The notes under the pieces were generated by a model. That model did no database searches, was not told the origin of the DNA, and saw nothing but the letters and a program-made list of their open reading frames with translations. Made by a program: the position numbers and the translations under genes. From the IMG/VR virus record IMGVR_UViG_3300042363_001425: 64,000 bases of DNA. One strand, 5' to 3'. Source of the DNA: an uncultured virus (IMG/VR IMGVR_UViG_3300042363_001425) (taxonomy: Duplodnaviria; Heunggongvirae; Uroviricota; Caudoviricetes). How positions within the stretch are numbered: position 1 is the first letter of the stretch; each line of letters begins with the position of its first letter. This document shows positions 29,057 to 38,748 of the stretch, in pieces.

Positions 29057-30013
29057 ATGAAAAGTTACGTTCACTCATTTAGATTATTTGAATCAATGTC
29101 TGATCCAGGCTTTGAATGGTACTATGGAATCGCAGATTGTCATGGAATTGAATCATTTATTAAGGCTCCATCTGATCTAGATTCAGACATGGAACTAGAT
29201 GCACTAGGCCTTGGTGATATGACTGGATCTCATGATGATAAAGTGATGAAACAAACTCTTGGCATGCTTAAGATGAGGTGTCACTACAATCAACAAAGAC
29301 ATCCATTGATCTACATGGTTAGGTTATCAGATGAGGATGCTGAAACTGTTCAAGCACTATATGATAATGGTGAATATATTGAAGCCCTTGAAACAATTAA
29401 GGAAAGATCAACTGAAGTTAAAGTAGCTAAAGGTATTGCTGGTGGAGATATGGAAAAGCGTTGGAGAATGATTCCTAATCCGGATCTTGATCCAATGTCA
29501 GAAAGTTTACAATATCACATCAATAACCAGGTGTCAATCGTTGAATCAATATACAGACCAACAAGTCAAGCTCATTTTGAATTACTAGCAGAAGCCAGAA
29601 GAAGATTTGATACTGGATCACTTTTATTAGAAGGAATTGACCGACAATTATTTGAAGAAACTGACCTAGGTAAATTTGCTGAATATGAAGGTGAATCTGT
29701 GCCGTTAGACTTTTTATTTGAGGCAGAATATTCAGGAAAACAAGTTGAGCTTAATAAGCCAATGAGAGGTGGTGCTAAGAAGTATCATGTCTACGTAATG
29801 AATCCAACAACTAAAAAAGTTAGAAAAATTGCATTTGGTGATGTGCATGGTGGATTAACTGCAAAGGTTAGTAATCCTGAAGCACGAAAGAGCTTTGCAG
29901 CTAGACACCGTTGCCATTTAAAGAACGATAAACAAAAAGCAGGCTATTGGGCTTGTAGAATAAACCGATACTCTCATCTATGGGGAGGTAAAACCTATCC
30001 AGGATTCTGGTAA
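29057..30013 (+). CDS. Multi-module putative head protein (start reassigned to ATG 29057)
   Basis: YVHSFRLFES N-terminus; basic C-terminal domain with ARKSFAARHRC...YWAC. Confidence 0.7.
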   Translation: MKSYVHSFRLFESMSDPGFEWYYGIADCHGIESFIKAPSDLDSDMELDALGLGDMTGSHDDKVMKQTLGMLKMRCHYNQQRHPLIYMVRLSDEDAETVQALYDNGEYIEALETIKERSTEVKVAKGIAGGDMEKRWRMIPNPDLDPMSESLQYHINNQVSIVESIYRPTSQAHFELLAEARRRFDTGSLLLEGIDRQLFEETDLGKFAEYEGESVPLDFLFEAEYSGKQVELNKPMRGGAKKYHVYVMNPTTKKVRKIAFGDVHGGLTAKVSNPEARKSFAARHRCHLKNDKQKAGYWACRINRYSHLWGGKTYPGFW

Positions 30014-30029
30014 AATAATAAACCTAAGC

Positions 30030-30530
30030 ATGGACCAAGCAAAAGTAACCGGAAAATCTGGCCCTTATTTCAAAGGTCTAAATAAAGATCAAAAGAATAA
30101 GAAAGAGAGTCAAATGAAGCGCCAAGCCAAGATGAGCGACTCTAATGATAGTGCATATAAACCAATGCCTGGCGATCTAGATAAAAGTGGAAAGTTTAAA
30201 GGTTCCAAAGTTAAAAGTTCATATACAAATAAAGTAAATCAGGACATGAGCGAGAATCGAGTTTATCGATTTGCAGAATGGGTTGAAGTTAATGAATCTA
30301 GCTCGGCGGATAAATCACTAAAGGCAAAAGCGGCAAAGTATAAAATACCATTTGGTATTCTTAAACAAGTTTTTAATAGAGGAATGGCAGCTTGGAAAAC
30401 AGGTCACCGTCCAGGTATAGGTCAAACTGCATGGGCTCATGCACGAGTAAATTCATTTGTTACAAAGTCAAGCGGTACTTGGGGAAAAGCGGATAAGGAT
30501 TTAGCACAAAAGGTAAGAAAAAGGAAATGA
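30030..30530 (+). CDS. Basic two-module putative head protein
   Basis: RVYRFAEWVEVNES between two K-rich modules; RGMAAW...WAHARVNSF. Confidence 0.7.
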   Translation: MDQAKVTGKSGPYFKGLNKDQKNKKESQMKRQAKMSDSNDSAYKPMPGDLDKSGKFKGSKVKSSYTNKVNQDMSENRVYRFAEWVEVNESSSADKSLKAKAAKYKIPFGILKQVFNRGMAAWKTGHRPGIGQTAWAHARVNSFVTKSSGTWGKADKDLAQKVRKRK

Positions 30531-30796
30531 CCAAGCCTTACTTAGATATTGATCAAATAAAAGACGTTACTGTTCGTAAATTTTCAGACGATATTGATCC
30601 AATTGAATTAAAATGGCATAGGGACGATGAAACTCGACAAATAGTTTCAGAATCTGCAACTGATTGGATGATCCAATTAGATAATGCACTGCCTGTCTCG
30701 TTAAATAATACTATAACTATTCCTAGACATGATTGGCATCGACTAATCAAAGGGACTGGCGATTTAACACTAAAAATTAAAAAAGAAAAGAGATGA
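30527..30796 (+). CDS. Small cupin-like protein
   Basis: WHRD...E and IP..WHRL His motifs. Confidence 0.55.
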   Translation: MTKPYLDIDQIKDVTVRKFSDDIDPIELKWHRDDETRQIVSESATDWMIQLDNALPVSLNNTITIPRHDWHRLIKGTGDLTLKIKKEKR

Positions 30797-31146
30797 AATT
30801 TTCAATTGGAGACAAGGTCATTATTCGAGCAGACGTTGAAGAAATGCAGAACGACATGCTGGAGTTAGCTGATGGCCAAGAGGCGGTAATCACAGAGATT
30901 TACCAAAATGTGTACGAGCCAGATGTGGATCGTTTTGAAGTGGAATTGGTACACCCAGTAAAGTACGATGGCCGTGAAGTTATTGTAGTTCCAGGGTTGT
31001 ATCTTGACAACTTAGAACTCGCAGAACGAGTTAACGAAGCAAAAAGAGCAGGTCGCTCAACCCGAAAAATTAGTAGAATGCTAAATAAAGTTAACGAGAA
31101 ATACGCAGTTTCATTTAATACTCTAAGTAAATCAAAAATCAAGTAA
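30793..31146 (+). CDS. SH3/KOW-like hypothetical protein
   Basis: KFSIGDKVII...GQEAVITEI pattern. Confidence 0.55.
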   Translation: MKFSIGDKVIIRADVEEMQNDMLELADGQEAVITEIYQNVYEPDVDRFEVELVHPVKYDGREVIVVPGLYLDNLELAERVNEAKRAGRSTRKISRMLNKVNEKYAVSFNTLSKSKIK

Positions 31147-31649
31147 TGACCAAACACATAAAACTATTTGAAGCCTACTCAGGTCAACCAGGTCAGCCGT
31201 TGGAATACAGCTTTGACCGATATGAGATAGATACCTATTTTCCTAAAAAGTTAACCATTAAAGCTCATACCGGTAAGGATAATGCAGATGATGCTGAATT
31301 AGCTAATTTGGGACTGGCAAATGGTTTGATTGAGATTGAGGATTCTAGTGTTGATACTGTTAAAATCAGGTTCAGTATGGCACCAATATACGATCGATCA
31401 GGTATTGGTAGCTTTGACTTTGAATTAATATCAGTTTATATCGCAGGAGACTATAGTGTCTGGAATGAAGTAAATGATGATAGTACTAGATACGATTTTG
31501 AAATCGAAGATGCTGGGCCATTCTATCAAAGGGTTGAGGTAGCTTGGGAAGGTTTTCCGTTATATCCATTCAATATTGAAATTGAAATGGCTGACAATTA
31601 TGATCTGGACCCAGCTAAATTGACTTATAAGATCCAGATAGGAAATTAA
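31146..31649 (+). CDS. Acidic putative internal head protein
   Basis: KHIKLFEAY N-terminus. Confidence 0.6.
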   Translation: MTKHIKLFEAYSGQPGQPLEYSFDRYEIDTYFPKKLTIKAHTGKDNADDAELANLGLANGLIEIEDSSVDTVKIRFSMAPIYDRSGIGSFDFELISVYIAGDYSVWNEVNDDSTRYDFEIEDAGPFYQRVEVAWEGFPLYPFNIEIEMADNYDLDPAKLTYKIQIGN

Positions 31650-31679
31650 TAAATCGGTGCTACTTAAAGATATTAAAAC

Positions 31680-31706
31680 GGAAGGTCATTCGATCTTCCT
31701 TTTTTT
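31680..31706 (+). terminator. Rho-independent terminator
   Basis: GGAAGGTC-ATTC-GATCTTCC followed by a T-tract. Confidence 0.7.
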
Positions 31707-31745
31707 GGTTAGGTCGATAAATAACTCTAGAAATAACTGCAATAT

Positions 31746-33743
31746 ATGTCAACATCCGACTCATCTAATTCAACTGGCTTATTAATAACAACAGTGGCGG
31801 CCTTCCCTGGAATTAACTACATGGACGAGCTACAGAGAAACCCTGGAACAGATGCATCGGTTCTTGAAAAGTTATTGGTGCCTGCAGAAAATGGAATTGT
31901 CCAGCATAATGTTAGCTCAATATTTAATAAATTTGCAGTGTTTCAATACTCTCCATTAAATGCTGGAGCCAAATACCGAACTGAAGGTCACTTTATTGGC
32001 TACTCAACACGATTAAAAACAGACAAAGAATATGTTGAAGATTCAGTTGCTGAATCTATTATACAAAAAGCCCAACTCGAAAGTGCAAAACGTCAAGCTG
32101 AAGATAATAGTCAGCAGGCAGAATATTTAAAGCAGCAATTAGAGCAATGGGAAGCACGACAGGGTAGAACTGCCCAATCGGCTAGAAGTTTTAGAGCTAA
32201 TCAACATGGAATTCTGTCTAATCCGACAGCATCTCACTTGCAAAAATGGGGAGCAGAAGTATCGGCTGGCACATCAGTAGGTTTCCAACCCTATTCTCTA
32301 ACTGACTTCATGTTCTGTAAGTATTACGGAAAAATTCCAAATAATAGATTGGTTACCCTAAGACGTTATCCATTTCCAATAGGAGATACTTTAAGAATCG
32401 GAACAACTGATCAGCGTCGAAATGCTATTCCAGTTACACAAGCTGTGACATGGTTTGGTTCAGACACTGGCAATGATTTGAATAAACTAGGAGTATTTTC
32501 ATGGGATATGCCATGGGAAACATTGCCAGTGTCTGAACAGGAAGTTACCGGTAATGAAGTAACATTTAGCGACTTACTATCGGCGGTTGCAGGACTTCCT
32601 GGAGGAGATGCGGTTAAAGGCGCATTGGAAACGGCATACGCCTCGTTTAATGGAAAAGACGCTAATATTCAACAAATTTCAGGATACGAAGACAAAATGC
32701 AAAAATACCAAAAGAACTTGTATACAACAGGTCCTTATTGGAATAGAATTTACGGGCCAGTTAACGTAATCCATCAAACTAGTCGCAGGTCTAGAGGAAT
32801 GCAGAATTCAAATTGGATTAATCCAATTACAGTTAAGTTTCAATATGCATTTAGATCATTTAATGGATTGAGCCCAAAAGTTGCAGCACTAGACTTAATT
32901 TCTAACTTTATTAACTTAACATACAATGATGCACAGTTCTTAAATCAATTAGCTCGATACTATCCTAAACTTGGATTGAAATTTGACCCAAGTACAAATG
33001 AAGCCTTAGGCAAATTATTAAGCAATTGGGGATCAACTTACTCAGGTAATAATGCTGAGCAATTTACAAAATTAATTGCTAACTTTACAAATGCCGCAAG
33101 TAGTGCGGCTAGTAAATTAATAAACGACCCAGCTAAATTAACTGGTGATGCATTACAAACAGCACTTATGGCAAGACTTGGAAATGCGATTCCGGATTTG
33201 ATTTCAATTAAATCAGCCTTGTCAGATAGGCCAGTCGGAGAATGGCACCTGGTTGTTGGAAATCCAATGAATCCTATTTTTGTAATGGGAGATCTAATGT
33301 GCACAAATGTTTCAATGGAATGGGATGCTGAAATTGGACCAGACGATTTTCCAACTGGTGTTTCATTTACCGTAACCTTAAAGCAAGGCAAGCCTAGAGA
33401 TAAGACTGCTATTGAAAGAATGCTTAACGCTGGTGAAACTAAATTGACCTCTAGTCGAATCAAGTCATCTACATTAGAAGATACATTTGGCGAAAAGAAT
33501 ACTAAAGACTGGGATGAACTTGTTAAAACTGACGGAGCTGCATCTAAAACTAGTCTGGATGCATATTACGGAAAAATGAAGAGTGGAGATAAAGCCGTAT
33601 ATGATGGTTTTAGAAATAGATTTTTACAGGGATACGGTATACCTTTACCTGGATCAGATAAAGCGGCCTCATTGGAGGCAGGCGGACTAATTGATGATAG
33701 TTTACTACTATTATATTATCAAAGATCGTACGGCCAAAACTAA
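31746..33743 (+). CDS. Baseplate/tail-tube initiator-like protein (gp48/gp54 fold likely in the C-terminal half)
   Basis: First gene of the baseplate cluster; late motif at 31717-31724; CTNVSMEW...FPTGVSFTVTL tube-fold-like strands. Confidence 0.5.
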   Translation: MSTSDSSNSTGLLITTVAAFPGINYMDELQRNPGTDASVLEKLLVPAENGIVQHNVSSIFNKFAVFQYSPLNAGAKYRTEGHFIGYSTRLKTDKEYVEDSVAESIIQKAQLESAKRQAEDNSQQAEYLKQQLEQWEARQGRTAQSARSFRANQHGILSNPTASHLQKWGAEVSAGTSVGFQPYSLTDFMFCKYYGKIPNNRLVTLRRYPFPIGDTLRIGTTDQRRNAIPVTQAVTWFGSDTGNDLNKLGVFSWDMPWETLPVSEQEVTGNEVTFSDLLSAVAGLPGGDAVKGALETAYASFNGKDANIQQISGYEDKMQKYQKNLYTTGPYWNRIYGPVNVIHQTSRRSRGMQNSNWINPITVKFQYAFRSFNGLSPKVAALDLISNFINLTYNDAQFLNQLARYYPKLGLKFDPSTNEALGKLLSNWGSTYSGNNAEQFTKLIANFTNAASSAASKLINDPAKLTGDALQTALMARLGNAIPDLISIKSALSDRPVGEWHLVVGNPMNPIFVMGDLMCTNVSMEWDAEIGPDDFPTGVSFTVTLKQGKPRDKTAIERMLNAGETKLTSSRIKSSTLEDTFGEKNTKDWDELVKTDGAASKTSLDAYYGKMKSGDKAVYDGFRNRFLQGYGIPLPGSDKAASLEAGGLIDDSLLLLYYQRSYGQN

Positions 33744-33753
33744 CCAAATTATA

Positions 33754-34353
33754 ATGTTATCATTAAGTATTTTTCAAAATAAAAAAAGATTCACCAAGAC
33801 TAATGGTGATGAGGTTGACGATCTTACTCGTAGAAGCGTAACTTTTAGGGGAGTATTAGTAGGTCAAGGAAAATTGTATAATGTAGAAGAAGGAGTTCAA
33901 ATGCGAGGCGACCTTATCTCAAAGATCTTCTATCAAACTACTAACTTCCTATGTATTCTACTTAAATACAACGGAATATCTAATCCATTTTCAATAAATG
34001 TTAATGATCTAATTAGAGTGCCAGATGGAGAAGTTCTCTCAGGTATGCTAACTAATCCAGTTGATATTAACGGATCTAATAATAATTGGCAAACTTCTAC
34101 CAGAAAGAAGAAGCGAACTGCCTTTATTCAACCCAAGACTAAACAGGATAAGAATAGATTGGATTATTTGCAGAAAACTGCAGGTGCGGTGGTTGCGCCA
34201 ACTAATATTGCTAAAGACACATCGGTTAAGGTGGTTAATGGTAAAATTGTTTTTGGAACTGATGTTACCTCAATAAAGAAAGAGGATTGTCCAGATCCAA
34301 TTTCAAGAACTAAACTGCAGGCAACATTATTAAAAAATAAAATTAGTGGTTAA
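33754..34353 (+). CDS. LysM-like baseplate wedge protein, gp53-like (start reassigned to ATG 33754)
   Basis: RGDLISKIFY...ILLKYNGISNPFSI...IRVP. Confidence 0.7.
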   Translation: MLSLSIFQNKKRFTKTNGDEVDDLTRRSVTFRGVLVGQGKLYNVEEGVQMRGDLISKIFYQTTNFLCILLKYNGISNPFSINVNDLIRVPDGEVLSGMLTNPVDINGSNNNWQTSTRKKKRTAFIQPKTKQDKNRLDYLQKTAGAVVAPTNIAKDTSVKVVNGKIVFGTDVTSIKKEDCPDPISRTKLQATLLKNKISG

Positions 34354-35843
34354 TGGCGCTTAGTGATCAAATATTAAAATACCTTGAGCCAAAGCTAACT
34401 CCGCCGAGCATTGATGTGCTTGATTTGGAGACACCTGAATCCGGTAAATCAATTAGGGATCCTAAGAGTTCAGGCTATGCTCAACAGTTGGGCAGAAAAT
34501 CTCCGCTTGTTAAAATAGGAAATGCTAGAATCCAGCCAGACAGTATTATATCAATGAACGTTTATACAGATTCGTTGATTCCGACAATTCACTTAACTAT
34601 GATTGATTCTACCGGTTCATTAACTTCAGTTGGTTTTCCAAAAACAAATCCATTAATGAGCGTATATGTTGCACCTGGCCATCCAAAATTAATGTCATTT
34701 GCTCAAACTTTCTTGATAACTAACATTCAGTCAATTCCGCTTGGAGGATATTCAACTAGATATGATTTCTTTGGAGAACTATACATTCCAAAATTAAATG
34801 GAAATTTTATAAAGTCGTATTCTAAACTATCATCTGCTCAAACACTAAAGAAGATCGCAGAAGAATTAGGATTAGGTTATGCTAATAATGAAGATTCAAC
34901 TAATGATACAATGACGTGGATTAATCCTAACTTAAACTACAAAGCATTTATAAAACATGTAGTTGATCATGCATATAAAACTGAAAAAACATTCTTTGAT
35001 TGTTTTATTGACCGATATTACGTTCTTAATTTTGTAAATGTTGAAAAACAATTTAAACAATATAAAAAGGACGAAGAATTACCAGTAACATATCCATCGT
35101 ATTCTCCGGAATTTTTGGACTCAGCTAGAACTGAAGCTGGTAACGTACCAGATGGAGCAGATAATACGATTCCACTATTATTAACCAATATTGACGCTGG
35201 GCCGATTGGTTCGGAATTACGAATATTGGAGTACTCAATGATTGGCGATAATGGAGATATTCTAAAGACTGAAGGCTTTCGTAAGAGAGTTGTACTTTAT
35301 CGACATGGAGAAGATTCTCCAGTAAAGAACTGGTTTTCAGAACCAATTTCAGAACCTTCACCGGATGGAGTAACTGCATATCAAGCACCAGAATTAACTG
35401 ACTACTTAGAGAATGATATTGTAAAATGGATGGGAACTGACTATAGTAATGCTCATGATAATTATAAATTTGCAAAGCTATTAAATACGCATAATCGAAT
35501 TGAGGCTGAAAAGAACGTACTAAAGGTTAAACTGCCAGGTTTCAATCATAGCATAACTAGAGGAAGCCGATTAAAGGTAGATATTTATGACACCCGTTCA
35601 AAAAAGATAATGGACGGTAATTTAGAAGATGACATGGCTGTTGATGATAGTCAAAAAATAGAAGGCACCAATAGTGCAAAGATGACTGACTTAATTTTGG
35701 ACAAATACTTAAGCGATACGTATTATGTTAAGGAAATTATTTACAGATACGATGTTCAAAGACCTGAAAAATCATTTAGCACTGAATTAATTCTATGTAG
35801 AAGAAATTGGGTGCCTGAACCAAAAATGGAAAATATAGTTTAA
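34353..35843 (+). CDS. Baseplate hub protein (gp27/gpD-like)
   Basis: Position between the LysM and gp5 genes; LKKIAEELGL; C-terminal YYVKEIIY...TELILCRR. Confidence 0.55.
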   Translation: MALSDQILKYLEPKLTPPSIDVLDLETPESGKSIRDPKSSGYAQQLGRKSPLVKIGNARIQPDSIISMNVYTDSLIPTIHLTMIDSTGSLTSVGFPKTNPLMSVYVAPGHPKLMSFAQTFLITNIQSIPLGGYSTRYDFFGELYIPKLNGNFIKSYSKLSSAQTLKKIAEELGLGYANNEDSTNDTMTWINPNLNYKAFIKHVVDHAYKTEKTFFDCFIDRYYVLNFVNVEKQFKQYKKDEELPVTYPSYSPEFLDSARTEAGNVPDGADNTIPLLLTNIDAGPIGSELRILEYSMIGDNGDILKTEGFRKRVVLYRHGEDSPVKNWFSEPISEPSPDGVTAYQAPELTDYLENDIVKWMGTDYSNAHDNYKFAKLLNTHNRIEAEKNVLKVKLPGFNHSITRGSRLKVDIYDTRSKKIMDGNLEDDMAVDDSQKIEGTNSAKMTDLILDKYLSDTYYVKEIIYRYDVQRPEKSFSTELILCRRNWVPEPKMENIV

Positions 35844-35846
35844 AAA

Positions 35847-36929
35847 ATGGCTCAATTAATAAACGGACCAAAAAGATGGAAACAATTTGTAAAGAGCTCA
35901 CTTAGTGATTTACAAGATCCTACCTTTTTAACATTTGATATAGATTTCTTTCCACCTAAATACTATCTAGGTGGCGATCAAGTAGCATTGCATTATGACG
36001 CTTTATTTAAACCAAGCTTAGCTGAAACTGACCCAGGTAAAAATAAGTTTAACTTTGTTGAATGGCCAGCAATTGATTGGTTAATGGAGTATGGGTCACC
36101 TTGGACAAAAACTAAATCTGATAAGCTGATGGCGGCAACCGTGCTGCTTAACCAAATACAGGACAGCCCATGGTACTTTCAGTCAATTACTGGAATAGAT
36201 TCATTATGGAAAGCAGCAAGCAGAGTAAAGCAAGGCGATAAGAAAGCTGAGATAACAATTAACTGTATTGACACAATTCAACAACCTTTACTTAGATTCG
36301 CAAACTATTATAGACAAGCAATATTCGATCAAGACCGATTGTCTTACACCTTACCGGATAATCTTAGAACCTTTGATATGACAATTACCCTGTTTGAGAT
36401 TAGAGATATCCTTGATGACCGAGGTAGATTAACCAATGGATTGTATCAATTAAAGTACAGACTACAACGTTGCGAATTTGACTTTGATCAAATCTTATCT
36501 GGGCCAACAATGACCGAGGTTAAAGCTTATTCAACTGACCAACCTTTTACAACGTCATTTAAGATTAAAGCAGATTGGGTAATTGAGGAATCTGAATTTT
36601 CAACAGAATCTGATTATCATTCTCTTGGTATTTTTTCAGGAATTATGAATACTCTTGAAGGCCGAGCTCAAAGATTCTTAAGTAGTGCTGCAAGTTTGCC
36701 AGCCAGATTAATTGGAGACCTAACTAATCGATTACAAACAGGTCTTGAAACCTCTTTAGCACAAAACGTGTATAATAGAAGTAATGAGGTCTTATCCACA
36801 AACGAAGTCTTTGGCAGAAGATCGCCAGTTGGACCAGGAGGAGGATTATCAGTAAATGATGACGTTTACCAAGAAGATCTAGCTAATCCAATTGTTACGG
36901 ATGGCCAGCTTGGAGACGTTTATCCATAA
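35847..36929 (+). CDS. Tail-tube-like baseplate protein (gp54-like)
   Basis: Context; WYFQSITGID, ITINCIDT and CEFD strands. Confidence 0.45.
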   Translation: MAQLINGPKRWKQFVKSSLSDLQDPTFLTFDIDFFPPKYYLGGDQVALHYDALFKPSLAETDPGKNKFNFVEWPAIDWLMEYGSPWTKTKSDKLMAATVLLNQIQDSPWYFQSITGIDSLWKAASRVKQGDKKAEITINCIDTIQQPLLRFANYYRQAIFDQDRLSYTLPDNLRTFDMTITLFEIRDILDDRGRLTNGLYQLKYRLQRCEFDFDQILSGPTMTEVKAYSTDQPFTTSFKIKADWVIEESEFSTESDYHSLGIFSGIMNTLEGRAQRFLSSAASLPARLIGDLTNRLQTGLETSLAQNVYNRSNEVLSTNEVFGRRSPVGPGGGLSVNDDVYQEDLANPIVTDGQLGDVYP

Positions 36930-36942
36930 AATACAGTAGTTA

Positions 36943-37743
36943 ATGAATACTAATCATGAAATTTTTAAGGATCCTACTGGATCTGATAGGCTAACAACTA
37001 AATACTTAGGTGAAGTAGTTGACGTGAATGATCCTTTGAGAGAAGGCCGTTGTAAAGTTAAAGTGTTTAGCATATTTGATTCATTAGTAGTTGATGATAT
37101 TCCATGGGCAGTACAATCTCAAAAACCTGCATTCTTTGGGCAGGACGCAAAGGCTGGGTCAATTTCAATTCCTAAAAAAGGAGCAATTGTTAACGTTAGA
37201 TTTAATAATGGTGATCTGTACTCTCCAGAATACGAGCAAGTGCAAGAGATTGGAGATGATATTAAGGAGGAATTACAGAAGAGTACAATTTACGAATATG
37301 AAGGCGCTCACTATTTCCTGTTTGATGGAGATGAGAAGATTAAAATGTATTTTACTAAAGGCCGAGGTTTGACATTTGAAATGAAAGATTCTTACATTAA
37401 CATTGATCAAAATTCAAAGATTGAAATTTATCATAAGGACGGACTTTCATCAGTTGAATTAGATGGTAATGTGATTACTGTAATGAGTCAGTCAAATGTA
37501 AATGTTATATCAAACGCAATAAAAACAACAGCTCAAACAGTACACATTGATGGGCAAACAACTCGACTTGGAGCTTCAAATGTTGTACAGAGCGCAGTTA
37601 TGGGAGATTCCCTATATGCTACAATGCTAGGCCTAGCTGCAATGATTGATGCTAAAATGCCAGTAACCGCTGGAGCTGCTCAGCAGTTTGTTAATAATAT
37701 GAAAGACTCGTTTTTATCTGAAACGGTCTCAATTGGAAAGTAA
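36943..37743 (+). CDS. Baseplate central spike, gp5-like (OB fold plus beta-helix, no lysozyme)
   Basis: GEVVDVNDPLREGRCKVKV...IPWA...IPKKGAIVNVRF. Confidence 0.85.
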   Translation: MNTNHEIFKDPTGSDRLTTKYLGEVVDVNDPLREGRCKVKVFSIFDSLVVDDIPWAVQSQKPAFFGQDAKAGSISIPKKGAIVNVRFNNGDLYSPEYEQVQEIGDDIKEELQKSTIYEYEGAHYFLFDGDEKIKMYFTKGRGLTFEMKDSYINIDQNSKIEIYHKDGLSSVELDGNVITVMSQSNVNVISNAIKTTAQTVHIDGQTTRLGASNVVQSAVMGDSLYATMLGLAAMIDAKMPVTAGAAQQFVNNMKDSFLSETVSIGK

Positions 37744-37745
37744 CT

Positions 37746-37772
37746 AAACTTAGTTAGGTTAGTTAGTATTAT
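37746..37772 (+). promoter_or_regulatory. Putative early-type promoter
   Basis: AAAC-N17-TATTAT. Confidence 0.5.
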
Positions 37773-37801
37773 ACTGTAAATAATTGACTTGACCCTTTAT
37801 C

Positions 37802-38683
37802 TTGAAGAATTACTATGATATACTTGGAGTAAACGAAACTTCAACCCAAGACGAAATTAAAAAGGCGTATCGCAAGCTCGCGATAAAATATCATCCAGAT
37901 AAGAATAAAGAGGACGGCGCTGAAGATAAGTTTAAAGACATAGCCGCTGCATACGAAACTATAGGTTCCGAAGACAAGCGTAAAGCCTATGACTCTTCTA
38001 GAAACCCCAATAATAATTTTGACCAATTTGGGTCATTTCATGAATTTACTAGAAGAACTTCAGACTTTCGGTACTTATCAATAACTATAGACAAATGGGC
38101 AACAATTAAGGAATTAATGGATGGTGCTGACTTTGATATACAGTACACGGTTTCAAAAACATCAGCTGGGTCAGCAAAAACCGAGTCAAAAAGAATTAAT
38201 GTTAAGCTTAATTTAGGCAATGACGCCTACCCGATCACTATAGAAAATGGCAGGTACTGTGTTATTTTAAAAGTTAGAGGAGCCGGATCTCAACAAGACG
38301 TTGAAGATACTGATTTCTTTGGTAGAAAAAGAAATGTCACAGCAACTGGCGACTTAATTATCAGAATAAACATTGATATGTTGGGTCTGGAAATAGAAAA
38401 TAGCGACATCATTCATATAGTTGAGATGAGTCTATATGATGTATTATTTAACGAAGAAATCATCCTAGAGAGCCCAATGGGCAAAAAGTTTAGAATCAAG
38501 TCATTCAATAAAGATACGATTAGTGATCTAACGGTTAAGATACCTGATCAGGGCATAATATCAGCGTTTGGTAAACGTGGCAGCTTCATATTTAAGATAC
38601 TAGTGAAACGTCCGGATTTTTCTAAGATTAGTGAAGAAGAGTTACAGACAATGAAAGATATACTGATTAGCACTAATAAATAA
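37802..38683 (+). CDS. dnaJ: DnaJ-class co-chaperone (J domain plus C-terminal domain, no zinc finger)
   Basis: [23 protein letters not shown] (HPD); TTG start. Confidence 0.9.
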   Translation: MKNYYDILGVNETSTQDEIKKAYRKLAIKYHPDKNKEDGAEDKFKDIAAAYETIGSEDKRKAYDSSRNPNNNFDQFGSFHEFTRRTSDFRYLSITIDKWATIKELMDGADFDIQYTVSKTSAGSAKTESKRINVKLNLGNDAYPITIENGRYCVILKVRGAGSQQDVEDTDFFGRKRNVTATGDLIIRINIDMLGLEIENSDIIHIVEMSLYDVLFNEEIILESPMGKKFRIKSFNKDTISDLTVKIPDQGIISAFGKRGSFIFKILVKRPDFSKISEEELQTMKDILISTNK

Positions 38684-38748
38684 TGTTAGTACGGCTTCAC
38701 TATGTATAGTAGGTGGCACGTATAAATAATCAAAAAAGTCTGACTAAG

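Noticed and set aside
38713..38748. GTG start at 38713 for the protease
   Set aside because: A late promoter motif lies inside this stretch; the in-frame TTG at 38749 fits better
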